32,000 nucleotides of DNA, taken from contig CP042461.1 of NCBI GenBank assembly GCA_004563595.2, positions 660,001-692,000 of the forward strand, in the 5' to 3' direction. The stretch comes from Candidatus Saccharimonadota bacterium. GTDB lineage: Bacteria > Patescibacteriota > Gracilibacteria > BD1-5 > UBA6164. How positions within the stretch are numbered: position 1 is the first letter of the stretch; every line of letters begins with the position of its first letter. Positions 30,251-32,000 of this stretch are shown here, piece after piece. The notes beneath the pieces are model-generated. The model was given only the letters and a program-made list of their open reading frames with translations. It made no database searches and was not told the origin of the DNA. A program made the position numbers and the translations under genes.

Positions 30251-31624
30251 TTAATTTATTTTCCAGTTAAAGTATTTTTCAAGTCATAATCTTTCGTCAT
30301 CAAATTTGAATAACTTTCAATCTCTCTTGAGCATTTTCAATACTTCATCTACAATTTTTTCAGAGACATTCTCTCAGTATAGACTTTTTCAAATCATTTT
30401 TTTATTTCAAATTGCTCATTTAACAATATCTACTATAAGATTTGAGTTTATAGGTGGTGCAATGACGTTATTTCAAGCTAGAATTGTCTCAGTTCTATCA
30501 GAACCAAATCTAACAGTAACACATGGTACTCATACTATATTTGCTTCTTCTTGCATACTCCCACTGTCGGTTACAACAGCTCAAGCTTGAGATATCATAT
30601 CAATCACTTCTGCATGATGAGCTAATGCTGGACCATAAGCAAAATTCTCAGCATACTTCTCTTTGAGTGAATCAATATCTTCTCTGAGTCAGTACTTATC
30701 AATTGCAAATTCCGAAGCATATAACCCTAAAAAACATACATAAACTCAATCTTCAATTAATTTTTTTATCGCATTGTATATTACAAGAAATCTTTCTTTC
30801 TTTTCTGTATTCTCTCTTCTATGGATAGTAATGAATAAGAAGTCTTTTCACTTCATATTTGGGTATTTTTCAAATGCTTTTGAATCTTTTACTTTCAATT
30901 TTGAAATCTCAATAGCATCAGCAACTGTATTCCCTACTACTTTTATATGATCAATAGGGAATCATTCATCAATCAAAGTCTTTTTATATAAGTCTACTGG
31001 TGCTGCAAACAATCATGTAGATCATTCAATTCATCTCGTATCAAACTGTTCAGGATATGGCTCTATACTCCCCCTTTCATATATATTAAAATCTTGTAAT
31101 TTTTTGTAATATGAGTCCCAATTAAATTTTCAAGATTCATAATCATTAAAAAGCTTTTCATAAAAAATTTTTGTTGGAGTAAATGTCCTAATTCATGCTT
31201 CTACATGTACCACTGCAAACTTATTCAAAAAAGCAGCTTTATCGGCTGTTGTCGCTGTCATAGTATCACCATGAACATATGGAACAGGAATTTTTTTATA
31301 ATTCTCAGCTAAATCTATAAGAATATCTCATAACCTCTCTATTACTAGAGAGAATTTTTTATGAATTTTTCAATATATATTTAAATTCATATCAACATCC
31401 ATTCAAAATTCTGTTAAGACTCATTTGCTTAAGTTGTAATCATAGTGTTGTCCTGTATGAATAAGAATTACTAACTCTCCCCTCTTTTTTAACTCTTGAT
31501 AAAGTGGTGCTTGTTTAATAATATCAGGTTTTGTTGCTATCATTATAATATGGGCATATTTTTTTTCTGATTTTTCAATATCTTGCCAAAAATTTTCTCT
31601 AACGAATACTTTATTATCTTCCAT
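30251..31624 (-). CDS. wecB: UDP-N-acetylglucosamine 2-epimerase (non-hydrolysing type) with internal insertion, 457 aa
   Basis: Track fragment 31421-31624 extended through TGA codons to TAA 30251-30253. IMIATKPDIIKQAPL, HTGQHYD, VHGDTMTA, HVEAGIRT ... PYPEQFDTR, ITIHRRENT, TDSGSMQEEA. Confidence 0.82.
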
Positions 31625-31691
31625 ATCAGTAATTATAAATTAATTTGAAATATTTTAACTGAAAAAGAAAATATGTAAAAAATAAAAATAA

Positions 31692-32000
31692 TTAAGTTTT
31701 AAATATCATTCAAACAATTATACAAATAGATACTAAAAGAGTCACTATAATATCTCTATTACCAGGTTTATCTCATAAAATAAAGAATCAAAAAAGATAA
31801 ACAAATCATAGATATAGCAGGCTGAGTAAACTCGTAGCAACTAATCATAATCATGTGTACAATGTAAAAATTAGGATAATACTTGTGAGGCCTATTATGT
31901 TTGTAAGAACAAGAAGTTTAGAATATTTTTTTGTTAATAATTTGAATTGATGAAACTCTGATTTAGTTACTAGTAGTAGTCATGCAAATATAAGAATTAC
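31692..32000 (-). CDS. C-terminal part of a polytopic membrane protein (possibly EamA/DMT-type); N-terminus outside window
   Basis: Frame is open from the window edge to TAA 31692-31694 with TGA=Gly. Three hydrophobic helices and FFILGDKPG. Family assignment is tentative. Confidence 0.4.

Noticed and set aside
1-32000. Alternative explanation of in-frame TGA as tryptophan (code 4, Mollicutes-like), as selenocysteine, or as many pseudogenes.
   Set aside because: TGA sits at invariant Gly positions (Walker A, ERLEFLGD, KTG, CTGGIRCEK, DTKGPEIR) while Trp positions use TGG. TGA occurs up to 24 times per gene, which excludes selenocysteine. Every gene would be broken yet free of frameshifts, which excludes mass pseudogenisation.

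Overview
AT-rich, very gene-dense bacterial chromosome segment that only makes sense if TGA is read as glycine (genetic code 25, as in Gracilibacteria/BD1-5 or Absconditabacteria/SR1). The standard-code ORF track is therefore misleading. 13 of its 30 entries are pieces of real genes cut at TGA, and 17 are antisense or wrong-frame artefacts. Translating both strands by hand with TGA=Gly gives 30 CDS covering about 92% of the window by my coordinates. All end in TAA or TAG. I saw no rRNA, tRNA, CRISPR array or transposase. Content: tRNA-modification genes (trhO, a U32/TrhP-like gene), mscS, a RhuM-Doc/Fic fusion, ftsK, a large M23 peptidase with SLH-like repeats, and lgt overlapping a hidden rhomboid protease gene. 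Next come a pilin-like protein with a fibrinogen-like domain, an LCP-PBP1A-pyk block, and a Fur-like regulator divergent from a peroxiredoxin across a perfect palindrome. The rest is an rnc-yggT-ftsW-mutS(N-terminal only)-holA operon, nusB, rpmF, an OmpR-type two-component pair, a secreted coiled-coil protein, wecB and a partial membrane protein. Points most worth a second look: the recoding itself; uneven TGA-Gly use between genes; mutS truncated to about 400 codons; and a Fur-family 7-1-7 operator that recurs (14/15) between trhO and the U32 gene. Also notable are the pilin-fibrinogen fusion and ORF 3018-3425, the only gene with a strong Shine-Dalgarno, a TTG start and no TGA. All calls come from reading the sequence by eye. 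No database search was run, so family assignments rest on recognised motifs.
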